In this document: one piece after another, positions 1-7,863 of the stretch
How the letters are laid out: each line of letters starts with the position of its first letter
Position numbering within the stretch: the first letter of the stretch is position 1
Assembly: GCA_028279505.1 (NCBI GenBank)
Contig: JANQNP010000067.1
Coordinates: 9 to 64,008 of the forward strand
From: Dehalococcoidia bacterium
GTDB lineage: Bacteria > Chloroflexota > Dehalococcoidia > UBA2979
Direction: 5' to 3'
DNA length: 64,000 nucleotides
Program-made: the position numbers and the translations under genes
Notes under the pieces: generated by a model
Database searches by the model: none
What the model saw: only the letters and a program-made list of their open reading frames with translations
What the model was told of the DNA's origin: nothing

Positions 1-1
1 T

Positions 2-187
2 CTGCTCGCCCTCGGCGGCATCACCGCGCTGACCCGCGTCGCGCTCACCCCGCTCTCGGTCCTCGGGACCGACGCCTTCGGCGTCGACTCGGTGATCTTC
101 CTCCTCGTCGGCGTCGCCGCCCTCGCTGCGGCAGCCCGCGCCTCGGATCCGGCTCGCGCCCCGACCGAGACGGCAGCGACCAGCTGA
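2..187 (+). CDS. 3' end of a membrane-protein gene whose start lies outside the window (partial)
   Basis: Frame-2 ORF runs off the 5' edge of the window; hydrophobic TM-like tail LLALGGITALTRVALTPLSVLG...VIFLLVGVAALAAAARA; codons strongly GC3-rich; TGA at 185-187. Absent from the ORF track because it has no in-window start. Confidence 0.4.
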   Translation: MLALGGITALTRVALTPLSVLGTDAFGVDSVIFLLVGVAALAAAARASDPARAPTETAATS

Positions 188-671
188 CGCCGGCCGCCTG
201 GTACACGCGCTTCAACTCCTCGAAGCGGCTGTCGCCCTCCGACGGCGGAACGAGCACGCCGGTGTCGATGTACGTCCCGAGGCGTTCGAGGATCTCGTGC
301 CACCCGGCCGCCGCCCCGAGGATATGCGACGCCGGGATGTACTGCACGAGCGTCACCAGCGTCTCTCCGTCGCCGACCTCGACGAGGTCGAACCGCACGA
401 GGCCGGGCGCAACGTTCACGTCGTCCCACGTGAACTCGAAGATGTACGGCGCCTGCATCACCTTCACCGTGCCGTTCAGACCAGCGTCCGCCCGCTGGAT
501 CCGCCCACCCTCACGAGGTTCCAGCACCTCGCATTTCCACCACAGCGCCAGCTCCTCGGGACTCGTGATCGCCGCCCAGGTCTGCTCGATTGCAGCGCCA
601 ATCACCCGCCTCACCTCCAGGCGCCGCGCCGCCCCATGCCCCGCGATCGTCGCCAGCTCGTCGTTACTCAC
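45..671 (-). CDS. SRPBCC / Aha1-domain protein (ArsR-associated), cassette 1
   Basis: Aha1/SRPBCC-like sequence (ELALWW..., AAAGWHEILERL). GTG start at 671-669 overlaps the ArsR stop by 8 nt. Paralogous to ORFs 9848..10372 and 20331..20834. The C-terminal 47 aa Arg-rich tail is AT3-rich and antisense to the 2..187 gene, so the true stop is uncertain. Confidence 0.7.
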   Translation of the reverse strand: MSNDELATIAGHGAARRLEVRRVIGAAIEQTWAAITSPEELALWWKCEVLEPREGGRIQRADAGLNGTVKVMQAPYIFEFTWDDVNVAPGLVRFDLVEVGDGETLVTLVQYIPASHILGAAAGWHEILERLGTYIDTGVLVPPSEGDSRFEELKRVYQAAGVSWSLPSRSGREPDPRRGLPQRGRRRRRGGRSPSRRRRRRSRGPRAG

Positions 672-1044
672 CGGAGGTCCCCCCACTCCTGCGCGACTCA
701 CGGCCCGTCCGGCCACCCGCCGCGCCAGCAGCGAGATGCGCCTCTAGGTCGTCGAGGCTCCTCTCCCAGAAGGTTCGCTGGTCCGCCAGCCACTGCTCGG
801 CCGTCCGCATCGCATCCGCCGTCATCCGGCAGATGCGCACTCGGCCCACCTTCTCCGTGCGCACCAACCCGCTCCGCTCCAGCACCTTGATGTGCTGAAC
901 GAACGACGGCAGCGCCATGTCGAACGGTTCTGCCAGCTCCGAGACCGATGCCTGCCCGCGGCTCAGCCGCGACACCACGATCCGCCGTGTCGGATCGGCG
1001 AGGGCGTGAAACACTTCGTCGAGAGTCGCGGATTGGTTAGCCAT
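664..1044 (-). CDS. ArsR/SmtB-family HTH transcriptional regulator, cassette 1
   Basis: ArsR winged-helix signature FHALADPTRRIVVSRL...SVSELAEPFDMALPSFVQHIKVLERSGLV; ATG at 1044-1042. Confidence 0.85.
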   Translation of the reverse strand: MANQSATLDEVFHALADPTRRIVVSRLSRGQASVSELAEPFDMALPSFVQHIKVLERSGLVRTEKVGRVRICRMTADAMRTAEQWLADQRTFWERSLDDLEAHLAAGAAGGRTGRESRRSGGTSGE

Positions 1045-1046
1045 GT

Positions 1047-1077
1047 ACCTAACTATCCTTGAGCTGAACAGTTAGGT
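1047..1077. promoter_or_regulatory. Perfect 8 bp inverted repeat ACCTAACT-N15-AGTTAGGT abutting the ArsR start; candidate operator overlapping a -35/-10-like promoter of a leaderless transcript
   Basis: Read directly: ACCTAACTatccttgagctgaacAGTTAGGT. On the minus strand this reads TTGACC-N18-ATAGTTAGGTAC-ATG. Confidence 0.45.
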
Positions 1078-1281
1078 CAACAGCTAAGTGTCGCTCCGAG
1101 TCGCACGAGAGGGGTCAGGGTGGTCGCAGTCGATCGACAGCAGTAAGCACGGGCCGCCACGCGCTGGCTCTACATCGCGAACACCGCCCTGCTCGCGACG
1201 CACCAGGTCGACGCGGCCTACTGGGAGGAGTGGGACACGTTCCGCCTGCCAATCGGCATCGAGGGCTTCCTCCTCTTCACC

Positions 1282-1521
1282 GTGGCGGTGCTGATATCCG
1301 TCCTCCACGGCCTCGGCCAGGTCGCCCGCCGCGAGCCTGGAGCGGAGCGCTGGTCGTACGCGATCGCGGCGCTGGGCGTCTTCACCTTCACCCTGCACGC
1401 GGTCATCCTCGCCCTCGGAAACGACGACTTCCGCAGCGCCACCTCGCTCGCACTGCTGCTCGCGATCCTCGGCGTCGCGGTCGCCCAGGCCCTCGCCACG
1501 AGGCGAGTCACCACGAGCTGA
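1282..1521 (+). CDS. Small hydrophobic membrane protein, divergent from ArsR; true start probably upstream and non-canonical
   Basis: The open frame begins at 1147, after a TAA at 1144-1146. The first GTG (1282) falls inside a TM helix (FLLFTVAVLISVLHGL), which suggests an earlier CTG or another start. Three predicted TM helices. Confidence 0.3.
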   Translation: MAVLISVLHGLGQVARREPGAERWSYAIAALGVFTFTLHAVILALGNDDFRSATSLALLLAILGVAVAQALATRRVTTS

Positions 1522-1603
1522 CGAACGACGGCGACCTCCGATCGTTGATCGATCTGTGGCCCGCGACACGCAACCTCCCGAGGTGGCCCGGCAGGATCAA
1601 CCT

Positions 1604-3313
1604 ATGACGCACCGCCGCACCCTCGCCCTCCTCGCGACCTTCGCACTAGCGATCGTCGCCGCCTGCGGCGGCGACTCAGACGAGCCGAGCGGGGCCCCAA
1701 CCACCGAGGACCGCGCCGCCCCCGCCTTCAGCAGCGTCACCGTCGACGGCCCGCTCGACGTCACCGTCCGACTGAAACGCGGTGCCCCCGAGCGAATCGA
1801 GGTCACCGCACCCGGCGGCGGCCACGAGCGCATCGTCACCTCGGTCGAGAGCGGCGCGGCCACCGTCACCGCCGACAGCGAACCGCTCGAGGGCACGTCG
1901 GTCCTCCTCGTGGTCGCCACGCTCGAGGCCATCGACGCCACCGAGGGCGCATCCGTCTCCCTCGTCGGCGAGGTGGAGCTCCCCGTCTTCGAGGCCGCGG
2001 CGACCGCCGGCGCCTCGATCGTCGCCCGCGACGTGATCGGCTTCGAGCGGACCAGCGGCTCCTGGCAGCTCCGCGTCGAGGGCGACTCGACCATCGACCT
2101 CGCCGAGATCCTCGCCTCGTCGGTCAACGTCGAGGCGAGCGGGCGCAGCACCGTCACCGTCGAAGCCCTGATCTCGGTCACCGGCACCGTCGAGCCCGGC
2201 GCGACCCTCGAGGTGCTCGGCTCACCGAACCGCGTCGACGTCACCGGTGGCGGCTTCGTCCGAGCGGAGCCAGCGGAGCCGATAACGCCACCAACCGACC
2301 CGGCGCCCGAACGCCCAGACGCCCTCACCGGCGCCCCGCTCCCCGCGCTCGAAACCGAGTCCGTCGCCTTCGACGAAGACCGCTTCAACCCGAGCGCCGG
2401 CACCTTCCCCGCGCTCACCGATCCCGCGGTCGTCCCCGCCGAGGATGCCCGTTGGCTCGACGACGACACGCTCGTCCTCGGCGCGACGCAGAACGGCGAG
2501 GCCCGCGCCTACCCGATCTTCATGCTCACGTTTCATCACGTCGCGAACGACACCCTCGGCGGAGAGCCCTACCTCGTCACCTTCTGAATCGTCTGCTCAT
2601 CGGGGGTCGGCTTCGACCCCCTCCGACCCAGCGAAGACGGCGGCGGCGACCGCCTCCTCTTCCACACCGCCGGCATCTACAACGGCGTCTTCACGATGTT
2701 CGACGACCGCACCGGCAGCGTCTGGTCACACCTCGACGGTCGCGCCCTCGGCGGCGAACTGGCCGGCGAGGCCCTCGAGGTGCTCCCGCTCCAGACCACG
2801 ACCTGGTCAGCCTGGGTCGCCGACCACCCCGAAACCACCGTGCTCGCGCTCGACACCGGATACCGCTACCGCAATGAGGTGAGGCTCGCCGGTGGCGGCC
2901 TCGGCCACACCTTCGCCGACAGCCTCGTCAGCACCGACGATCGCCTGCCCATCAACGAACTGGTAATCGGCGTGCTCGTCGGCCAGCAGGCCGCCGCCTT
3001 CCCCGTCGACGTCATCCGCGAGGACGTCCCGCTCCACGCCGATGTCGACGGCGTCCCCATCGTCATCCTCGCCGACACCGAGGGCGAGCCCTCGCTCGCC
3101 TACCACCGCGCCCTCACCGACGGCCGCGTCCTCGACTTCGAGCGTTCCGAGGACGGCACCCTCCACGACACCCAAACGGCTTCCCGCTGGACCTCGAGCG
3201 GCCTCGCCGTCGACGGCGAGCTCGCCGGCGTCCAGCTCACCTTCGTCACCTCGTTCCTCAGCGAGTGGTACGGCTGGGCCGCCTTCCACCCTGAAACCAC
3301 GATCGAGGGCTAG
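1604..3313 (+). CDS. Lipoprotein with a GIN/DUF2807-like beta-rich region and a C-terminal DUF3179 domain, interrupted by one in-frame TGA (2585-2587); either a candidate selenocysteine codon or a pseudogene
   Basis: Signal peptide with lipobox MTHRRTLALLATFALAIVAACGG. ORFs 1556..2587 and 2696..3313 are both in frame 2 and separated only by TGA. Read-through gives ...GGEPYLVTF-[TGA]-IVCSSGVGFD...FTMFDDRTGSVWSHLDG..., continuous DUF3179 sequence. Confidence 0.7.
2602..2621 (+). other. GC-rich hairpin (8 bp stem GGGGGTCG/CGACCCCC, loop GCTT) starting 15 nt after the in-frame TGA; SECIS-like position
   Basis: Seen in sequence. There is no U-tract after the hairpin and the reading frame continues with homologous sequence. 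Confidence 0.4.
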
Positions 3314-3374
3314 CCTCCGTCGCGCCGACCGCTCGACGTTCGGGACCTGGACGCGGCCACCACCCCGCTCGCAC

Positions 3375-3412
3375 GAGGCGCGAAGCGTCAACCGAGGGGT
3401 CGAAGACCCCTC
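3375..3412. repeat. Dispersed intergenic element, copy A: GAGGCGCGAAGCGTC + aacc + hairpin GAGGGGTC-GAA-GACCCCTC
   Basis: Lies between convergent genes; the hairpin overlaps the SDR stop codon (3411-3413). Related copies are at 33235-33270, 43899-43935 and 44992-45025. Confidence 0.6.
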
Positions 3413-4187
3413 AGAAGCCGCCGCCGTTCACGCGGATCTTCTGGTTGGTGATGTAGCGGCCATCCTCGCCGACGAGGTGGGCCACCGTCGCTGCGATGTC
3501 GGCGGGCTCGCAGACGTACCCGAACGGCGAGCTGGCGTCGCGCTCGCGCATATCGACGTCGTCGTGGCCGGTCAGCGCCGAGACCAGCGCGCGACCCATA
3601 TCCGTGTCGACCAGCCCCGGCGCCACGACGTTCACGCGAATCCCGTGCTCGCGCTCCTCCTTGGCGAGGGTGTGCGCCATCGCCTCCATCGCCGCCTTGC
3701 TGAGCGCGTACAGCCCGTAGCCCGGCGCCATCCCTTCCGTCGCCACCGAGGAGATCATCACCACGTCCCCACGATCGGCCGCTCGCATCTGCGGCACCAG
3801 CGCCTGGACGGTGTGAATCGCGCCCCAGAGGTTCGCGCCGAGCAGCGTCTGGTACTGCTCCGTCGTCGCCTCCGTGATCTTCGGCCGGTTCACGTACGCC
3901 GACCCGAGCCCGGCGTTGTTCACAAGGATGTCGATCCGCCCGAGGTCCCCGACCGCCTGCTCGCACATCGCCTCAACGGCGGCGCGATCGGCTACGTCCG
4001 CCTGGTACACCTCCGCCCGCCGCCCGAGCGCCCGCACCTCGTCGGCGACCTCGTTCGCGGCCTCGGCGTTGTTCGCGTAGTTGATCGCCACGTCGGCGCC
4101 ATCCGCCGCAAGCCGCACGCAGATCGCGCGGCCGATGCCGCGGCTGCCACCGGTCACCAGCGCCGTTCGTCCCTCGAGACCTGCCAT
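3411..4187 (-). CDS. SDR-family oxidoreductase (FabG-like 3-oxoacyl reductase)
   Basis: TGGSRGIGRAI Rossmann motif, NNAG, YxxxK (YALSKAA), PGLVDTDM. Confidence 0.9.
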   Translation of the reverse strand: MAGLEGRTALVTGGSRGIGRAICVRLAADGADVAINYANNAEAANEVADEVRALGRRAEVYQADVADRAAVEAMCEQAVGDLGRIDILVNNAGLGSAYVNRPKITEATTEQYQTLLGANLWGAIHTVQALVPQMRAADRGDVVMISSVATEGMAPGYGLYALSKAAMEAMAHTLAKEEREHGIRVNVVAPGLVDTDMGRALVSALTGHDDVDMRERDASSPFGYVCEPADIAATVAHLVGEDGRYITNQKIRVNGGGF

Positions 4188-4276
4188 CGGGTGCTCCGTT
4201 CGTTCGCGAAACCGATCGTTATGAAGTACAGATTGCTACATTCAACCTCGCAGCTCTCTGACGATCGAAGCGAACG

Positions 4277-5206
4277 ATGCCCGTCCCCACATACAACGAA
4301 CTGATGCGGCCGGTGCTGGCTGCGCTCGATTCCGGAGAGACCCTGCCCGTCTCCCAAATCAAGGAGCGAGTGATCGACTCGCTCCCGGACGAGGCTGCTG
4401 ACACTCGAGCGACAACACCTGGCGGGGCACCGCTGCTAGTCAGGCGAATCGAGTGGAGTGTCCAGTACCTGCTGAAGGCCGCGCTGATCGAACGACCGGA
4501 GCGCGCCCACTACCGGATCACGCCTCGCGGTTCGGATGTCCTCACGAACGGCCCCGCTACCCTCGACTGGCGTTTCTTACAGACATTCCCCGAATTCGCG
4601 GGCTGGCTAAGTCGATCGAACTCGGTCCGACCGGGACGAGCCGGCGATGGAAGCGCCGAACTCGGGGCGCAGTCGGACGGGGACTCGACGCCGGACGATC
4701 TGCTCAGCAGGGGCGTCGCCGCAATCGAGGCGCGCGTGATCGATGAGCTAGTCGAACAACTCACGCAGATCACACCGACCCAGTTCGAGCGCCTAGTCAC
4801 ACGACTCCTCGAGTCGATCGGATACACCGGCACGGAGGGCGTCGGCGAAGTCACGTCCGGCGGAGCCGACGGCGGCATCGACGGGATCATCCGACGCGAC
4901 CGTCTTGGGCTCGAGCGAATCCTCCTCCAAGCGAAACAGTGGTCTGCCGACCGCCCTGTCGGGCGACCTGAGATCGATAAGTTCCTCGGAGTCCTCGGGC
5001 GCGAAGGTGTTTCACTGGGTGTGTTCATCACCACGTCCAGCTTCACCCGCGACGCTCGTGAGGGCGTCACGCACCTGGGTGGTCAGGTAGCGCTAATCGA
5101 TGGGCAGCAACTCTCGCAGCTCATGTACGAATACGACACCGGTGTGAGTATCGAATCCCGCTTCGTGACGAAACGCCTCGATACTGATTTCTTTGAGAAC
5201 CTCTAG
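4277..5206 (+). CDS. mrr: Mrr-type modification-dependent (type IV) restriction endonuclease
   Basis: Mrr_N winged helix (MPVPTYNELMRPVLAAL) plus Mrr_cat core (GGADGGIDGII...LLQAKQW...GVFITTS). Markedly lower GC and GC3 than flanking genes; AT-richer upstream region. Confidence 0.85.
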   Translation: MPVPTYNELMRPVLAALDSGETLPVSQIKERVIDSLPDEAADTRATTPGGAPLLVRRIEWSVQYLLKAALIERPERAHYRITPRGSDVLTNGPATLDWRFLQTFPEFAGWLSRSNSVRPGRAGDGSAELGAQSDGDSTPDDLLSRGVAAIEARVIDELVEQLTQITPTQFERLVTRLLESIGYTGTEGVGEVTSGGADGGIDGIIRRDRLGLERILLQAKQWSADRPVGRPEIDKFLGVLGREGVSLGVFITTSSFTRDAREGVTHLGGQVALIDGQQLSQLMYEYDTGVSIESRFVTKRLDTDFFENL

Positions 5207-5212
5207 CTCAGC

Positions 5213-5692
5213 TCAGCCTTCTGCGCCGTGCGCATCCATCAACGAAAGCGCGAGGACCACCTCGCCGTCCTCGACCTCACCCGTCGGCGTGAACCCCAGC
5301 CGCGCGTAGAACGGGCCGGCGTTCCCCGCCCGCTCCGCGTGCGACAGCACCACGCGGTCGACCCCATCGAGGGCGCGCGCCCGCTCGATCACCAGTCGCA
5401 TCGCCGCCGCGCCGTACCCGCGCCGCTGGTGCCCAGCATCGATCATCATCCGCCAGACGTAGACGCACCGCTCCTCGAGGACGTCGATCCCCTGCACGAA
5501 CCCGACCGGCTCGCCGTCGGCGGTGATCGCGCGGAACCACGCCTGCGGCTCGAAGTGCGCTTCCGCGATCGACCGCGCGTTGTCGGCGACCAGCTCGCGC
5601 TGCTCCGGCGCCACCGTCAGTCCGAGGATCGCCCGCAGGTTCTCCTTCGTAACCTCCCGCAGCTCGACGCGCGCGGCCCCGGAGCGGCTCAG
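5213..5692 (-). CDS. GNAT-family N-acetyltransferase (start codon unresolved)
   Basis: GNAT motif A (HQRRGYGAAAM) about 80 aa into the domain that begins near VELREVTKENL. No ATG/GTG/TTG lies at the expected N-terminus; CTG at 5692-5690 overlaps the upstream stop. Confidence 0.65.
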   Translation of the reverse strand: MSRSGAARVELREVTKENLRAILGLTVAPEQRELVADNARSIAEAHFEPQAWFRAITADGEPVGFVQGIDVLEERCVYVWRMMIDAGHQRRGYGAAAMRLVIERARALDGVDRVVLSHAERAGNAGPFYARLGFTPTGEVEDGEVVLALSLMDAHGAEG

Positions 5693-6801
5693 CTGAGGAC
5701 CGCCGTTCGCTTCCGCTCGATCAGGTCGAAGTCGATCTGCGCGCCGAGCCCGGGCTCGTTGAACGCGTACACGAAACCCTGCTCGTCGGGATCGATGTCC
5801 TCGACCAGCCCGTACTTCTGGGCGCCCGAGGGCAGCAGCACCTCGAAGTACTCGCAGTTCTTGATCGCCATGATCACGTGCAGGTTCGCCACGTTGTTCA
5901 GCGAGTTGCCGCCGTGGTGGACCTCGTAGTTCATGTGGAACGCCTCGGCCAGGTGCGCCGTCTTCAGGCAGGCCGTGATCCCACCCTTCACCGCCACATC
6001 GCCGCGCAGGTAATCCGTCGCCTGCGCCATCAGCCACGGCGCGTAGGCGGTGAACCCGCCCGGCGAGTACTCCGTCGCCATCAGCGGGATGCCGAGCTGC
6101 TGACGCAGCTTCACGTAGTTGCCGATGTCGTCATCGGCGAGAGGGTCTTCGTACCAGTAGAAGTTCAGCTCCTCGGCGACCTTCCCCACCCGCAGCGCGT
6201 CCGGATAGTCGTACGCCCAGGTCGAGTCGAGCATGATCCGGTAGTCGTCCCCGACCGCCTCCCGCACCGCCCGGCAGACCGCGATGTCGCCCTCGGCGCT
6301 CACCGTCGGCGGGTGGATCTTGTACGCGGCCCAGCCGTCCGCCTGGTACTGCGCCGCCTGCTCCGCGTACTCCTCGGGGGTCTCGAGGGCAGGCGAGCTG
6401 GCATACGCCGGCACCCGGTCCCGGTACGACCCGATCAGCCGGTGGATCGGCAGCCCCGCGATCTTCCCGCCGAGGTCCCACAACGCCACGTCGATGGCGC
6501 CGATCGCTCGAGGCGTCGTCATCCGGTAGCGGCTCGCCAGGTCCTGGTAGATCCGCTCGCGGTCCAGCGGATCCTGGTCGACGACCACCGGCTTCAGGTG
6601 GCGCGTGATCGAAAGCGCGTCCAGCTCCGCGCTGCGACTCGCATTCCCGAGGAACGCGTGCCCCTCGAACGCCTCGTCCGTCGCGATCGTGACGAGGCCG
6701 AGCTGACTGCTGCCCTCGAACGTCGGCGCGAGCTTCCCGTACTTCGTCGCCGGAATGTCGTCCCAGGCGAACAGCGTGACCGTCAGATCCGTGATCTTCA
6801 T
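5689..6801 (-). CDS. Enolase-superfamily enzyme (mandelate racemase / muconate lactonizing enzyme family)
   Basis: MKITDLTVTLFAW..., KIHPP, and metal-ligand-region motifs typical of MR/MLE-family dehydratases or epimerases. Confidence 0.85.
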   Translation of the reverse strand: MKITDLTVTLFAWDDIPATKYGKLAPTFEGSSQLGLVTIATDEAFEGHAFLGNASRSAELDALSITRHLKPVVVDQDPLDRERIYQDLASRYRMTTPRAIGAIDVALWDLGGKIAGLPIHRLIGSYRDRVPAYASSPALETPEEYAEQAAQYQADGWAAYKIHPPTVSAEGDIAVCRAVREAVGDDYRIMLDSTWAYDYPDALRVGKVAEELNFYWYEDPLADDDIGNYVKLRQQLGIPLMATEYSPGGFTAYAPWLMAQATDYLRGDVAVKGGITACLKTAHLAEAFHMNYEVHHGGNSLNNVANLHVIMAIKNCEYFEVLLPSGAQKYGLVEDIDPDEQGFVYAFNEPGLGAQIDFDLIERKRTAVLS

Positions 6802-6813
6802 CGCGCGGAACCT

Positions 6814-7863
6814 CTAAGCGCCCGGCGCGCAGGCCTGCATGACCGCCCGCGTCGAGTCGATGCCCGGCTGCGCGTTGACCACCCGCACGATCGCGATGTC
6901 GAGTCCCTCCGCCAGCACCTCGAACTTCGCCTTCGCCTCCGACGGCGTGGCGTACACGCCGACCGCATCGAGGAGCGCATCCGGGAACGCCGCGATCAGC
7001 TCCTCCTGCGTCGCGTGCTTCTTGCGCATCTCGTCGAGCTCCAGCAGCTCGTCGGCGAACCCCATCCGCTCGAAGTGGCCACGGTAGGCGAACTGCCGCT
7101 CGCGCTCCGTCGGGACCGTTGCGCGCAGCGCGTAGCCCATCGTCGCCCGCGCCAGGGCGTCGCGCGCGACCTGGATGTCCTCGTCGACCGAGACGCGGAT
7201 GTACTCCACGAGCTGCACCTCCGAGGGGTCGCGACCGGCCGCGCGCGCCCCCTCGTTGACCTGTTCGCGGCTCCAGTGCACGCGCTCGGTGCTGCACCAG
7301 TTCATCGCCGCACCGTCCGACAGCTCGCCCGCGAGCTGCAGCATCTTCGGCCCGAGCGCGCCCAGCAGCACCGGCGTCTTCGGCGCCCGACGGAAGCCGG
7401 AGATGCTCATCCCGCGGAGGGTGACCGCCTCGCCCTCGTAGTCCACCGTCTCGCCGGCGAGCAGCTTGCGGGTGGTCACGAGGTAGTCCCGCATCACCGC
7501 CAGCGCCGACTGCGTCCGGAAGCCGAGATTGCGACGCGTCGAGGGCTGATAGATCCCACCGGTGCCAATCCCGAGCATGAACCTGCCGCCGGTCATCTGG
7601 CTCAGTGTCCCGGCGCTGCTCGCGAACGAGACCGGCGACCGGAACGCCACCGGCGAGACGGAGATGCCGGTCGTCAGCCCCTCGGGCACCACATCCCTCG
7701 AGGCCTGCCAGCGCATGCCGCAGAGCTGGAACCCGTCGCTGCCGGCGCCGTCTGGCGTCCAGATACTCGTGTAGCCCTGCTCCGCCGCCTCGCGGCTGAG
7801 TGTCACCTGCTCGTCGAAGCTGAGCCGGAGGCTCGCGTCGAGGCCGACACCGATCTGCATCAC
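6814..7863 (-). CDS. LLM-class (luciferase-like) flavin/F420-dependent oxidoreductase
   Basis: MMQIGVGLD..., TIM-barrel LLM signature GGRFMLGIGTGG. Confidence 0.85.
   Translation of the reverse strand: MMQIGVGLDASLRLSFDEQVTLSREAAEQGYTSIWTPDGAGSDGFQLCGMRWQASRDVVPEGLTTGISVSPVAFRSPVSFASSAGTLSQMTGGRFMLGIGTGGIYQPSTRRNLGFRTQSALAVMRDYLVTTRKLLAGETVDYEGEAVTLRGMSISGFRRAPKTPVLLGALGPKMLQLAGELSDGAAMNWCSTERVHWSREQVNEGARAAGRDPSEVQLVEYIRVSVDEDIQVARDALARATMGYALRATVPTERERQFAYRGHFERMGFADELLELDEMRKKHATQEELIAAFPDALLDAVGVYATPSEAKAKFEVLAEGLDIAIVRVVNAQPGIDSTRAVMQACAPGA

Noticed and set aside
1088-1294. 68 aa + ORF (MSLRVAREGSGWSQ...)
   Set aside because: Ser/Arg/Thr-rich, out of frame with the hydrophobic ORF occupying the same region; likely spurious.
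2602-2621. Hairpin after the TGA at 2585, read as an intrinsic terminator ending a truncated gene
   Set aside because: There is no U-tract, and the reading frame continues for 240 codons with sequence matching the remainder of DUF3179, so a plain terminator is unlikely. Pseudogenisation cannot be excluded and is kept as the alternative in the finding.
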